Shown in pieces: positions 17,278 to 27,273 of a DNA stretch of 64,000 bases (the stretch's first letter is position 1; every line of letters starts with the position of its first letter). The position numbers were made by a program, and so were the translations under genes. The DNA is from Pelagibacteraceae bacterium AG-349-O05 (GTDB lineage: Bacteria; Pseudomonadota; Alphaproteobacteria; Pelagibacterales; Pelagibacteraceae): the NCBI GenBank assembly GCA_003281005.1, contig QCDE01000005.1:5829-69828 (forward strand). The letters are read 5' to 3'. Below the pieces are notes generated by a model that had not been told where the DNA came from, did not search any database, and worked only from the letters and a program-made list of their open reading frames with translations.

Positions 17278-18535
17278 TGTTTTTTCCTATTTGAACCAGT
17301 TCATGATCGATGTTTGTTGATGGCATATATCTCCATGGATCTATTACTAAAGCACCTTTTAAAAATTTCATTTTTGTAAAATAATCATGTTTTGTAGCTA
17401 CAAAAAAGGTTTGTGGAATTGTTTCCCAGTTGTATAGCTTGGAATATTTTTCATAGTCACCATCTGTATATGGATCCCATTGGTTAACATTGGCTCCTTT
17501 TTCTTCTAGTAGATTTTTTAACAAAATTGCTGGACTGCCTAATGTTAAATTAGTTTCTGCTTTAAAGGTTTTACCCAGAATATTTATAGTTTTACTATTT
17601 GTTTTTTCCATGATTAATTCAGCTAACCAGTTAGTTTGATTTTCTCGTTGTAGCATTATGTTTTCAAACCAATTATGTGATATGTTGAATTTTTTGGATA
17701 AATAGCTCATTGCAATATTATCACGAGGATGACAACCACCACCATCACCCATTCCTCCCGACATATAAGCTCCAGAAATCAATCTAGTATTAGCCATTTT
17801 TAATGCATTAGTTACTTCATCTACGTCAGTATTTGGAAGATGGTAGCACATTTCCATTAGAGTATTAGTAAATGATATTTTAGTAGATATCATTGTATTG
17901 TATGAAACTTTTATTAGTTCAGCGTTTTCTATTGTTGTATCATATATTGGTGCTGAACTTATTGTCTTATAAAAGTCCTTTCCTATTTTTAAAGCTAACT
18001 CATCATCACGTCCAAATAACACAAATTCTGGATTTAAAAAATCTCGCATTGTCGAGCCCATCGCTATAAAGAAAGGATTGTATACTAGTTTGGTGTACTT
18101 TCCTAATAGAGGCTTAATTTCTCTAGTGATTGTTCCAGGTAATACTGTGGATATTATTATAACCACCTTGTCTTTTTTTTGTTTTTCTATTTCATCACTT
18201 AAAGTTTTAACTCCTTTTTTTAGAAAACTGTAATCAAAATCAGCCCTTTCTTCAGGTATTCTTGTTATACCCTCATACTTTTCATGATGTGGTGTTTGTA
18301 TTGGTACAAAAATAATATCTGATTTTTTAACCAAATTTTGTATATCTAAAATTTCAATTTTAGAATTTGGCAGATAATCTTCAACCCAAATCTCTTTGTA
18401 ATCAATAACTTTATTTTTAATATTTTTAATTGTTTTTTCAGATATATCGTATCCAAACACGTTATGACCTTTGCTTTCAGTGGCTAATGCAACTGGTAAA
18501 CCTAATTTACCTAATCCTAAAAAACCAATATTCAT
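17270..18535 (-). CDS. UDP-glucose/GDP-mannose dehydrogenase family protein
   Basis: GFLGLGKLGLP, ISTVLPGT, AELIKVSYN, GGGCHPRD catalytic Cys, LGKTFK. Confidence 0.9.
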   Translation of the reverse strand: MNIGFLGLGKLGLPVALATESKGHNVFGYDISEKTIKNIKNKVIDYKEIWVEDYLPNSKIEILDIQNLVKKSDIIFVPIQTPHHEKYEGITRIPEERADFDYSFLKKGVKTLSDEIEKQKKDKVVIIISTVLPGTITREIKPLLGKYTKLVYNPFFIAMGSTMRDFLNPEFVLFGRDDELALKIGKDFYKTISSAPIYDTTIENAELIKVSYNTMISTKISFTNTLMEMCYHLPNTDVDEVTNALKMANTRLISGAYMSGGMGDGGGCHPRDNIAMSYLSKKFNISHNWFENIMLQRENQTNWLAELIMEKTNSKTINILGKTFKAETNLTLGSPAILLKNLLEEKGANVNQWDPYTDGDYEKYSKLYNWETIPQTFFVATKHDYFTKMKFLKGALVIDPWRYMPSTNIDHELVQIGKNTK

Positions 18536-18638
18536 AATTAATTTCTAATTTTTTAATATTTACTAATTTTACAGTGCATCTATCAATTAAAATTATTAAA
18601 AACAAGTAAAAGATTTTTTTTATTTCTCAATTAGTGGA

Positions 18639-20747
18639 TTATTTATTTTCCCAAAAAAATTTTTCTTTATTTTTTAGATGAAAAGTTTTGTTAATTATAT
18701 AAGAAGCAACTTTAATTGAATTCATATATTTATGGTATTTAATCATGCCTCGTTTAGAAATAGTTTCTCTTTGTTTGTCCAAATTTTTATATTTCATTAT
18801 TTTTTTAGACAGATCATTTAAATTTTTATAGAATACAACTTCTTTATTTGTAAATATTTTATTCAAGCCGGTTTTTAAGTCAATAAAAGTTAAAATTCCA
18901 TTACCTATTAGTTGAGCAATCCTATCACTTGAATAAAATTTTAATGGTTTGCCCTGACTTAAATTTAATGCCATTTTAGATTTATTTAATTCTGATCTAA
19001 AATTTTCTGCCCATACAGGTTGTTTATTATTTAAACCGAATAAATTAAACCTTACTTGATCATTTAAATTAACTAATTTTTTTACAAATGTTTCCCTCAA
19101 GTCAATTTTACCTTTTTTTAAAGTTCCTCTATGAACACCGTGTGATAAGGCAAAAAATAAATCATATTTGAAATTTCTATTTTTATAAATTTTTAAATTT
19201 TCGAATGAACTATCAACTGGATTAGGGATAAATTTAATATTACGTCCTTTAAAACCATCGATTATTGATGGGTGAGTTGTGCAGAAACTAGCATCCATTA
19301 AACTAAGTTTTTTTTCAAATCTTTTTTTATTAACTAACCATTTATTATTGTCCATCTTATCTAAAAACCACTGACAAAATTTTATACTAGGATAGAATTC
19401 TCTAATTTTGATTATTGTTTCATTTAAAATCTGATCTGCGTGACCAAAAATTATAAGATCTGGATTAAAATTTCCAACCAATTCTATTAGTTTGCTATTT
19501 AATGATCTGGATCCTGTTATATCAAAAACCTTTCTTTCTCTACTTACCACATCTCTATCACTTAAAGTTTGAATAGTATGCCCAAGTTTTAAGATACCAT
19601 TATTTATTCTACGTCCTGTGTTATAGAATAGTCTTCCATTATGTCTTTCATTAAAATTTGTTATATGAATTATTTTTAATTTTTCTTTATTAATCTTAAT
19701 ATCACCACGAAGTTTATTTCTATAATTATCTATTTTAGAAGAAATAAATTTGTTATCTAAATAAAAATTTTTTAAAGAGTTTTTTTGAATTTTTTTCATT
19801 TTTTTTTTATTTACAATTAAATCTTTAATTGACCTGTAAAGTTCAATTGTAGTTAATTTTTTTAAAATTATACCGTCAGTAATAGTTTCAGGTAATCCAC
19901 CTCTATTACTAATTATTACAGCACAACCTCTGCTACTCGCTTCTAAACTAGATCTACCAAAAGGCTCATCCCATCTTGCACAAGAGATTGATATAGAACT
20001 TCTTTTCAAAATATTTAATACTTTATCATGGGGCTGGTATCCTAAATTTTTTAAACGACTATGTTGAAATGTTATTCTTTCCCTTGGTTCATCACCAAGT
20101 ATTAAAGCATTCCACTCTTTAAATTCATTTAAAATTTTTAAAATTGATGTGCCAAACAAATCATACCCTTTTGATTTATTTAATTTTCCTACAAATGTTA
20201 TAATTTTTTCCTTTTTTGATAAATTAATTTTTGCTTTACTAGTGGATTGAGGTATTACCTCAACTTTTTCACTATTATAGTAGAATTTACTCAATTCTGA
20301 AAAAAACCTATTTTTCGTCCATTCACTATTAAAAATAATTTTCTTGCAAAATTTTAATATAAAAATTCTTTCTGAAACACTTATGGAGCCACTCATTGTT
20401 AAAGGATCATTATGAAAATAAAAAACAAATTTTCTATCTTTCAATTCTGAAAAATACTTTAAATATAAAGGTCTATTATGTATTTCTATTATATCTGATT
20501 TTCTTTTTTTTTCTAACTCAATAAAATTATTTACATAAATTTTAGATGAGCTTTGGTATATTTTTTTTTTATAAGGAATATTTACATAATTTTTTGATAG
20601 ATAATCTTTATAATTTGTATTTCCATAAATTTTTATAGATGATTTAAATATACTCTCTTTATTAACACTATGTACAAAAATGGACACCGCACCTGCATAA
20701 TTTTTTGTAAAATTCTCTTTATAAGGAAGTAAAATAGATATTTTCAT
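18639..20747 (-). CDS. Two-domain glycosyltransferase (GT4 plus second GT-B/CgeB-like domain)
   Basis: FVGKL..SKG and EPFGRSSLEA (EX7E) in N-half; LNLSQG....YSSDR in C-half. Confidence 0.85.
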   Translation of the reverse strand: MKISILLPYKENFTKNYAGAVSIFVHSVNKESIFKSSIKIYGNTNYKDYLSKNYVNIPYKKKIYQSSSKIYVNNFIELEKKRKSDIIEIHNRPLYLKYFSELKDRKFVFYFHNDPLTMSGSISVSERIFILKFCKKIIFNSEWTKNRFFSELSKFYYNSEKVEVIPQSTSKAKINLSKKEKIITFVGKLNKSKGYDLFGTSILKILNEFKEWNALILGDEPRERITFQHSRLKNLGYQPHDKVLNILKRSSISISCARWDEPFGRSSLEASSRGCAVIISNRGGLPETITDGIILKKLTTIELYRSIKDLIVNKKKMKKIQKNSLKNFYLDNKFISSKIDNYRNKLRGDIKINKEKLKIIHITNFNERHNGRLFYNTGRRINNGILKLGHTIQTLSDRDVVSRERKVFDITGSRSLNSKLIELVGNFNPDLIIFGHADQILNETIIKIREFYPSIKFCQWFLDKMDNNKWLVNKKRFEKKLSLMDASFCTTHPSIIDGFKGRNIKFIPNPVDSSFENLKIYKNRNFKYDLFFALSHGVHRGTLKKGKIDLRETFVKKLVNLNDQVRFNLFGLNNKQPVWAENFRSELNKSKMALNLSQGKPLKFYSSDRIAQLIGNGILTFIDLKTGLNKIFTNKEVVFYKNLNDLSKKIMKYKNLDKQRETISKRGMIKYHKYMNSIKVASYIINKTFHLKNKEKFFWENK

Positions 20748-21007
20748 TTAAAACTTTTAAGATATTTTTTTTTAATATTTGATCTTTTTTTATAATCTTT
20801 TTTTAATAAAAACTCATTTTTCATAGCAACTGATTTAGAACTATATACTGAAGTGTATGCTAAGCTCCATTTTCTTCCTTTTGTAAATTTAGCACCTTTT
20901 GATTTATTATGTAATTTTAATCTTTTGCTGAGATTGTTGGTATAACCAACATAAGAAATTACTCTATTATTTGACTTACTAACTAATAAGTAAACGTAAT
21001 AATTCAT
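20744..21007 (-). CDS. GIY-YIG nuclease family protein (YhbQ/UPF0213-like)
   Basis: YYVYLL...SYVGYTNNLSKRL.LHN..KGAKFT.GR.W, AMKNE. Confidence 0.9.
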   Translation of the reverse strand: MNYYVYLLVSKSNNRVISYVGYTNNLSKRLKLHNKSKGAKFTKGRKWSLAYTSVYSSKSVAMKNEFLLKKDYKKRSNIKKKYLKSFK

Positions 21008-21010
21008 TAA

Positions 21011-21085
21011 TGGCGGTCCCTAGGGGAATCGAACCCCTCTTTCGAGGATGAAAACCACGTGTCCTAACCGATAGACGAAGGGACC
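21011..21085 (-). tRNA. tRNA-Glu(TTC)
   Basis: GGTCCCT acceptor stem, anticodon loop TT-TTC-AT, GGTTCGATTCC T-arm, encoded CCA. Confidence 0.96.
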
Positions 21086-21132
21086 AAGAAGCTGCTTTTT
21101 ATTGCAAAAAAGTTGATTAATCAAGCTTATCA

Positions 21133-22074
21133 TCATATTTTTTGTTTCAATTTTATTACTTTTTTGAGATCTGCATATTTATGAGTAACTAATGTTTCTG
21201 AAAAAAATTCATCGCCTTTAATTTTTATACCTGAAACTAGATCTCCAGAGGTAATTCCTGTAGCACAAAAAATTGAATCACCTGAAATAATTTCATTTAT
21301 TTCATATTTTTTAGAAAAATCTTTTATATCCATCTCTATAGCTCTTTTTTTATCTTCGTCAGTTTCAAATAAGAATCTACCTTGAAAACTACAACCAAAG
21401 GCATCCAGAGCTGTTGCTGCCAAAACACCCTCTGGCCCACCACCTATACCTAAAAAAATATCAACACCATATTTATTATCAGTTACCAATAACGCTCCGG
21501 AAATATCACCGTCAGTAATTAATTTAATTTTAACTTTTAATTCTTTTAAATCTTTAATTATTTCATTATGTCTAGGTCTATCCATAATACACGCTGTTAT
21601 ATTTTCTGGTTTTTTATTTAGGAACTCACTTAAATTAAAAATATTTTTTTTAATTGAATAATCTAAATCAACAACTTTTTTTTCATTTGCTTTAGTTGAA
21701 ATTTTTTCCATATAAGTTTCAGGTGCTTTAAATAATTTATTTTTTTCTGCAATAGCTATAACAGATAATGCACCAGGAAGATTATTTGCTGCAAAATTAG
21801 TACCTTCTAAAGGGTCAACAGCTATATCAAATAGTGGACCATTATTTTTTCCAAGTTTTTCACCAATATAAAGCATTGGTGCTTCATCTAACTCGCCCTC
21901 ACCTATCACTATTTCACCTATCATATTCAGATCGTTTAGATCAGATCTCATTGAATCTACTGCAGCTTTATCAGCTGCTATTTTATCTTTTTTTCCAACT
22001 AAATATGATGCTGCTAATGCTGCATTTGATGTAACTTTTACAAATTGATCAACAAATTTTTTATCTATCGGCAT
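21133..22074 (-). CDS. glpX: Fructose-1,6-bisphosphatase class II
   Basis: VIGEGELDEAPMLYIGE, DIAVDPLEGT, DRPRH, GIGGGPEGV, ATGIT. Confidence 0.95.
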   Translation of the reverse strand: MPIDKKFVDQFVKVTSNAALAASYLVGKKDKIAADKAAVDSMRSDLNDLNMIGEIVIGEGELDEAPMLYIGEKLGKNNGPLFDIAVDPLEGTNFAANNLPGALSVIAIAEKNKLFKAPETYMEKISTKANEKKVVDLDYSIKKNIFNLSEFLNKKPENITACIMDRPRHNEIIKDLKELKVKIKLITDGDISGALLVTDNKYGVDIFLGIGGGPEGVLAATALDAFGCSFQGRFLFETDEDKKRAIEMDIKDFSKKYEINEIISGDSIFCATGITSGDLVSGIKIKGDEFFSETLVTHKYADLKKVIKLKQKI

Positions 22075-23066
22075 TAAGCTTTTTCATCTATTAAATCTTC
22101 TTGTTTAATCTTAGTTTCAAATTCTCTCAAACGTTTATAAACACTTGCTAGCTCTATAATTGTTGGCCAAGCTTTTAATAAATATTGCATAGATCCCTCA
22201 ACTCTTCCGAAAGCTCTTATAATCTGTTGCATAACACCCAATGTAACCACACCTGCAACTATAGCTGGAGCTAAAAAAACATATGCAGATAAAACATTTG
22301 CTTGTAAATAAGCAATTCGACCAATGTTAAAATATAGATATCTTAAATAACTTAAAAAATGAATTTTACGAACATCATCAAATAATTCATCTATTGTTTT
22401 TGGTCTTACATTTCCATCATCCTCTGCAATAACTAAAATTTTTCTATATGCAGCCTCTTGTTTTTGTAAATCATATTCGATACCAACTAGTCTTAATATT
22501 AATCCCAGAACAATTAAAAAAACAGTTCCACCAATAGTCCAAATCAATGCTCCTACAATTAGTCCATATTCCCATTCTCCAAAAAAGAAAATTGGGATAC
22601 CCACACTTAAACCAAATAATATGGGAATAAATTGTATCAAAATCATTATAGACTCTATTAAACTTGTGCCTAATCCCTCCATTATTCTTGTAAATTTAAT
22701 TGTATCTTCTTGAACCCTTTGTGATGCACCCTCAATTTTACGTGCTTTGTCATATACAGAGTGATACCACTCTACCATCGATGTTCTCCATCTAAATAAA
22801 TAATGAGCTGTAAAGAAACTAATAGCTACATAAACAGCAATATACATTCCTGCTAAGGTAATAAATGAAAATAGGCTTGCAAAATATTCTTCAATCGAAA
22901 CTGCATTTGGCTCTGCAAGGGCTTTCTGAATCATGTCATAGAATACACCAAACCACTCATTTATTTTGACATCTATTTCAACTTGAACCCAAAGTGATGA
23001 AAGAATAATAAAGGAACCTATCCAAGACCAATAAAACCAATTCTTTTCTGTGAAAAATCTAAACAT
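22074..23066 (-). CDS. SbmA/BacA-like peptide transporter
   Basis: FRWRTSM, IEGASQRVQEDT, EAAYRK.LV.AED, W.TIIEL.SVYKRL. Confidence 0.85.
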   Translation of the reverse strand: MFRFFTEKNWFYWSWIGSFIILSSLWVQVEIDVKINEWFGVFYDMIQKALAEPNAVSIEEYFASLFSFITLAGMYIAVYVAISFFTAHYLFRWRTSMVEWYHSVYDKARKIEGASQRVQEDTIKFTRIMEGLGTSLIESIMILIQFIPILFGLSVGIPIFFFGEWEYGLIVGALIWTIGGTVFLIVLGLILRLVGIEYDLQKQEAAYRKILVIAEDDGNVRPKTIDELFDDVRKIHFLSYLRYLYFNIGRIAYLQANVLSAYVFLAPAIVAGVVTLGVMQQIIRAFGRVEGSMQYLLKAWPTIIELASVYKRLREFETKIKQEDLIDEKA

Positions 23067-23069
23067 TTT

Positions 23070-23351
23070 TTATTTAAGAAAATTATCAGCGTAAGATTTT
23101 TTTACAGTTTTTCTTTTTCTTGGTTCAATTAATTCAAAATCAATTTTCTTTTTTTTTGCATAATTGATTGCAAGTTCTTTAGAAGAAAATTCTAACTTTA
23201 GCTCTGTATAAGTGTCAGAAGAACTTTCCCAACCCATCAAAGGATTTTTTGTAGGATCCTCAGTTTTATACTCCAATATCCATTTATTGTTTTTAGCTAA
23301 GCCTGACTGCATTGGATTTTTGTTGGGTATGTAAATAATTGCTTTTTTCAT
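23070..23351 (-). CDS. ETC complex I subunit (NDUFS4-like)
   Basis: IY.P....MQSG, W, NPLMGW.SS.D, L.F, KSYADNF. Confidence 0.9.
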   Translation of the reverse strand: MKKAIIYIPNKNPMQSGLAKNNKWILEYKTEDPTKNPLMGWESSSDTYTELKLEFSSKELAINYAKKKKIDFELIEPRKRKTVKKSYADNFLK

Positions 23352-23357
23352 AATTGA

Positions 23358-23434
<77 letters not shown>

Positions 23435-23528
23435 ATCCGAGTACTAATACAGCAGTTATTGATAATTTCAATGTATAAAGAAGGCAAAATTAAAAGAAAT
23501 TTGATAAAAATCTGGTATATAACGAAGC

Positions 23529-24014
23529 ATGATAATTACTTGCCCAAATTGTAACAAGCAATTTAAAATTGAAAATTCTTTAATACCAGAAGAAGGTAGA
23601 GATTTACAATGTGGATCATGTAATCATGTTTGGTTTTTTAAGGTTGAAAATGAAATTGAGGCCCCATTAACATTAAATGAAAATATTTCTGTAATCAAAG
23701 TAGAAGAAGATGTAGAGGCTAGAAATAATAATGAAGAATTTAGTAAAAAATTACAGCAAGAAAAAACAATTAAACCTGAAATAAATAAGAAAACATCAAA
23801 ACAATCTCTCAAGACAGTTAAAAAAACTGCGAGTAAAGGATCTAAATTTTTCTCTTATTTAATAGTATTTATTATATCTTTTGTAGCATTAATTATCTTG
23901 CTTGATACTCTAAAAACTCCACTAATTAATGTGTTTCCTGAATTAGAAATTATACTATTTAACCTTTTTGAAACATTGCAAGACATAAAACTATTTATTA
24001 TAGACCTAATTTAA
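23529..24014 (+). CDS. Zinc-ribbon (MJ0042-type) membrane protein
   Basis: MIITCPNC...LQCGSCNHVW zinc ribbon, charged linker, C-terminal TM. Confidence 0.8.
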   Translation: MIITCPNCNKQFKIENSLIPEEGRDLQCGSCNHVWFFKVENEIEAPLTLNENISVIKVEEDVEARNNNEEFSKKLQQEKTIKPEINKKTSKQSLKTVKKTASKGSKFFSYLIVFIISFVALIILLDTLKTPLINVFPELEIILFNLFETLQDIKLFIIDLI

Positions 24015-24020
24015 TTTTTT

Positions 24021-25202
24021 ATGATTAATTACATATCTAAACCTTTTAGGTGGTTCTTTAAATTAGAAGCTGCAAGTGGCCTTGTGCTATTGTTTGCTGC
24101 AATAATTGCTTTATTTATAAGTAATTCTGAGCTGGCAGATTTGTATTTTGATACCCTAAATAATTATTTATTTATAGGTATTAATAATTTTGGATTAAAG
24201 CTTTCAGTATTGCATTGGATTAATGATGCTCTGATGGCAATTTTCTTTTTTTTTGTCACATTAGAAATTAAAAGAGAATTTTTACAAGGTGAGCTTTCAA
24301 ATATAAAGCAAGCTTTATTACCAATAATAGCTGCTGTAGGAGGAATGTTAGTTCCAGCATTATTTTATGTTTTCATAAACTTAGGTGATAGTGAAACTTT
24401 AAATGGATGGGCTATTCCTTCAGCAACTGATATTGCTTTTTCTTTAGGAGTTTTATCTTTGCTAGGTAAAAGAGTTCCTTTATCATTAAAAGTATTTTTA
24501 ACAGCATTAGCTATAATTGATGATTTAGGAGCCATATTAATTATTGCCCTTTTCTACTCTAGTGATTTGAGCATTAAATATTTAACTTTAATGTTATTAG
24601 CTTTTATTGTTTTGTTATTAATTAACAAGTTTAATATTAAAAAGTTTCTACCATATTTAGTTGTTGGTCTTTTCCTTTGGGATTTTACACATAACTCAGG
24701 AATACACGCTACTATTGCAGGTGTTTTATTAGCAATGACAATTCCTCATAGAAAAAAAGAAAAAGATTTTTCTTTATTAATAAAAATTGAACATGCAATT
24801 AGTCCATATGTTGCTTTTGGAATAATGCCTTTATTTGCATTTGCAAATGCTGGTGTATCTCTAGAGGGTTTATCGTTTGCTTCATTACTTGATAAGGTTC
24901 CTCTAGGAATCGTATTAGGACTATTCATTGGTAAACAATTAGGTGTTTTTGCATTCTCTTATGTATCTATAAAATTGAAAGTAGCACAAATGCCAAACGA
25001 CACAAGTTGGTACAACTTTTATGGTGTAGGGGTCCTCACTGGTATTGGTTTCACAATGAGTTTATTTGTTGGAAATTTAGCTTTTGCTGAAAACATGCAA
25101 TATATGGATGGTGTAAAAATAGGTGTATTAACTGGATCGTTGTTATCGACTTTATTTGGTTATTTTTTGATATTACTTACGCCAAATAAACCTAGCAAAT
25201 GA
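24021..25202 (+). CDS. nhaA: Na+/H+ antiporter NhaA
   Basis: WINDALM, GWAIPSATDIAF, LAIIDDLGAI, GIGFTMSLF. Confidence 0.96.
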   Translation: MINYISKPFRWFFKLEAASGLVLLFAAIIALFISNSELADLYFDTLNNYLFIGINNFGLKLSVLHWINDALMAIFFFFVTLEIKREFLQGELSNIKQALLPIIAAVGGMLVPALFYVFINLGDSETLNGWAIPSATDIAFSLGVLSLLGKRVPLSLKVFLTALAIIDDLGAILIIALFYSSDLSIKYLTLMLLAFIVLLLINKFNIKKFLPYLVVGLFLWDFTHNSGIHATIAGVLLAMTIPHRKKEKDFSLLIKIEHAISPYVAFGIMPLFAFANAGVSLEGLSFASLLDKVPLGIVLGLFIGKQLGVFAFSYVSIKLKVAQMPNDTSWYNFYGVGVLTGIGFTMSLFVGNLAFAENMQYMDGVKIGVLTGSLLSTLFGYFLILLTPNKPSK

Positions 25203-25741
25203 GAAAAATAATATTTCTATTAACTATAATTATGCTTTTCTTTAAAACATCAGCAACTTCGAACTATGAAAAAATAATTTATGAATTCAGTATAGAGAGC
25301 ATAACTGGAGAGACAATTAATTTTAAAGATTATAAAAATAAAGTTATTTTAGTTGTAAATACAGCCAGTTACTGTGGATTTACAAAACAATATGATGAAT
25401 TACAACAATTGTGGGAATCATATAAAGAAAAAGGTTTAATTGTTCTTGGTGTTCCATCTAATTCATTTAATCAAGAGAAAAATAATAATAAAGATATCAA
25501 AGAATTTTGTGAAGTAAATTTTAATATTAACTTTCCTCTGACAACATTAACCGAAGTTAAAGGTAAAAATGCTCATGAACTTTTTAAATGGGCCCAAAAA
25601 AATTATGGTAAATCAGCTGAACCAAAGTGGAATTTTCATAAAATCTTGATAAATAAAGAAGGCAAAGTTCAAGATACATTTGCATCATTTACAAAACCAA
25701 CTTCAAAAAAAATAATTAAAGCTATAGAAAATATCTTATAA
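25199..25741 (+). CDS. Glutathione peroxidase family protein with signal peptide
   Basis: VNTASYCGFT.QY, GVPSNSF.QE, PKWNFHK. Confidence 0.92.
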   Translation: MRKIIFLLTIIMLFFKTSATSNYEKIIYEFSIESITGETINFKDYKNKVILVVNTASYCGFTKQYDELQQLWESYKEKGLIVLGVPSNSFNQEKNNNKDIKEFCEVNFNINFPLTTLTEVKGKNAHELFKWAQKNYGKSAEPKWNFHKILINKEGKVQDTFASFTKPTSKKIIKAIENIL

Positions 25742-26506
25742 GTTTATTGTTAATCCATCGTGTGCTGGAATAACATTTTTAGGCAACATTTTTTTAAGAA
25801 CTTTATAATCTAATACTGGTGATAAATTTGTTAAAATAGCTTTCTTTGGTTTGAATTGTTTAATTACAGCTAGTGATGTTTCTAAATTAAAATGTGATGG
25901 ATGAAAATTGTACCACAAGCAATCAATAATCAAATATTGAATATTTTTAAAATATTTGTGATCTTTGTTATAAATTTTACTTACATCACTTATATAAGCT
26001 AATTTTTTATTAATAATAAAGCAATTTGATTTTACTTTTCCATGCTCAACAATAATTGATTGAATACAAATTTTTTTATTTTTATTTTTTGTAAATATTT
26101 TTTTTGGCAGTTTATTAAGTTTAAGTGTTGCAGGATATTCTTTAGAATAGCTTTTAAATATATAAGAAAATGTAGAATTAAGATATTTAGAAGTATATTT
26201 ATCAGCATAAACATCAAGTTGCTTTCTGCTGTTTATATAAAAAGATCTCAAATCGTTTATTCCATGAGTTTGATCACCATGCATATGAGAATATAATACT
26301 TTATTAATTTTTTTTATTTTATGCCTTAAAAGTTGTTGCCGCAGATCTGGAGATGTATCTATAAGAATATTTTCATCTGTTGTTTTAATTAAAGCTGAAC
26401 ATCTTGTTCTATAATTTTTTTTATTATCAGGATCACAATTTCCAAAAAAACCATCTGGTCTCGGTACACCCATTGAACTACCACATCCTAAAATAATAAA
26501 TTTCAT
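25736..26506 (-). CDS. Metallo-beta-lactamase fold hydrolase (PhnP-like)
   Basis: LGCGSSMGVP, DTSPDLRQQLL, SHMHGDQTHG, YISD; ATG at 26506 preferred. Confidence 0.88.
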   Translation of the reverse strand: MKFIILGCGSSMGVPRPDGFFGNCDPDNKKNYRTRCSALIKTTDENILIDTSPDLRQQLLRHKIKKINKVLYSHMHGDQTHGINDLRSFYINSRKQLDVYADKYTSKYLNSTFSYIFKSYSKEYPATLKLNKLPKKIFTKNKNKKICIQSIIVEHGKVKSNCFIINKKLAYISDVSKIYNKDHKYFKNIQYLIIDCLWYNFHPSHFNLETSLAVIKQFKPKKAILTNLSPVLDYKVLKKMLPKNVIPAHDGLTINL

Positions 26507-26511
26507 TAATT

Positions 26512-27273
26512 TCAATTAAAAAAAAGTTTATTAAAGTTATCTGTAGTTTTTTTAACAAGATCTTCTTTGGATAGATTTTTAATCTCAGCTAGCTTTGCAG
26601 CAGTAAAATCAATAAAGGAAGGTTCATTTTTTTTTCCTCTTTTAGGAACTGGAGCTAAAAACGGACTATCAGTCTCAATTAAAATATTATCCATTGGAAT
26701 TGACTTGAAAGTATCTTGTAAATCCAACGAGTTTTTAAAAGTAATGATACCACTAGCTGAAAAGAATGAATTTAAAGTCAGTAGTTTTTCTGAAAACTCT
26801 TTAGACCCGGTAAAACAATGCATCAAAATTTTAAGGTTTTCATTTTTATATTCATTTAAAATCTCAAAAGTCTCTGATTCAGCTTCTCTTGAATGAACAA
26901 TTAATGGAACATTGGTTTTGATCGATGCATCTATATGTTCTTTAAAACTTGCAATCTGCTTGTCTTTTTCACTATTATTATAATAAAAATCTAAACCAGT
27001 TTCTCCAATTCCAATAATTTTTGAATTTTCGTTCAAACTTTCAATGATCTGTTTTGAAGTGATAATATTTGTGGAACTTTCATGAGGATGAATACCAATA
27101 GTACCATAGATCATCTCATCTTTATTAATTAATTCTTTTACTCTAGAAAAACTTTCAAATGAAGTTGAGATAGTTAATAATTTTTCTATACCTACTTCTT
27201 TTGATCTTTGTATTACGTTTGACAAGTCACTTAATAACGTTTCATGATCTAGATGGCAATGTGAGTCAATCAT
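26512..27273 (-). CDS. tatD: TatD family hydrolase
   Basis: MIDSHCHL, GIHPH, IGETGLD, HSR, HCF, ETDSPFL.P. Confidence 0.93.
   Translation of the reverse strand: MIDSHCHLDHETLLSDLSNVIQRSKEVGIEKLLTISTSFESFSRVKELINKDEMIYGTIGIHPHESSTNIITSKQIIESLNENSKIIGIGETGLDFYYNNSEKDKQIASFKEHIDASIKTNVPLIVHSREAESETFEILNEYKNENLKILMHCFTGSKEFSEKLLTLNSFFSASGIITFKNSLDLQDTFKSIPMDNILIETDSPFLAPVPKRGKKNEPSFIDFTAAKLAEIKNLSKEDLVKKTTDNFNKLFFN

Noticed and set aside
10404-21085. Integrase-to-tRNA-Glu span as a classical tRNA-integrated genomic island or prophage
   Set aside because: No duplicate of the tRNA 3' end found near the recombinase or in 9315-10400 by eye; no phage or transfer genes; genes next to the tRNA look like core genes
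21113-21124. Palindrome TTGATTAATCAA upstream of tRNA-Glu resembling an FNR/FixK box
   Set aside because: Spacer is 2 nt rather than 4; probably part of the tRNA promoter
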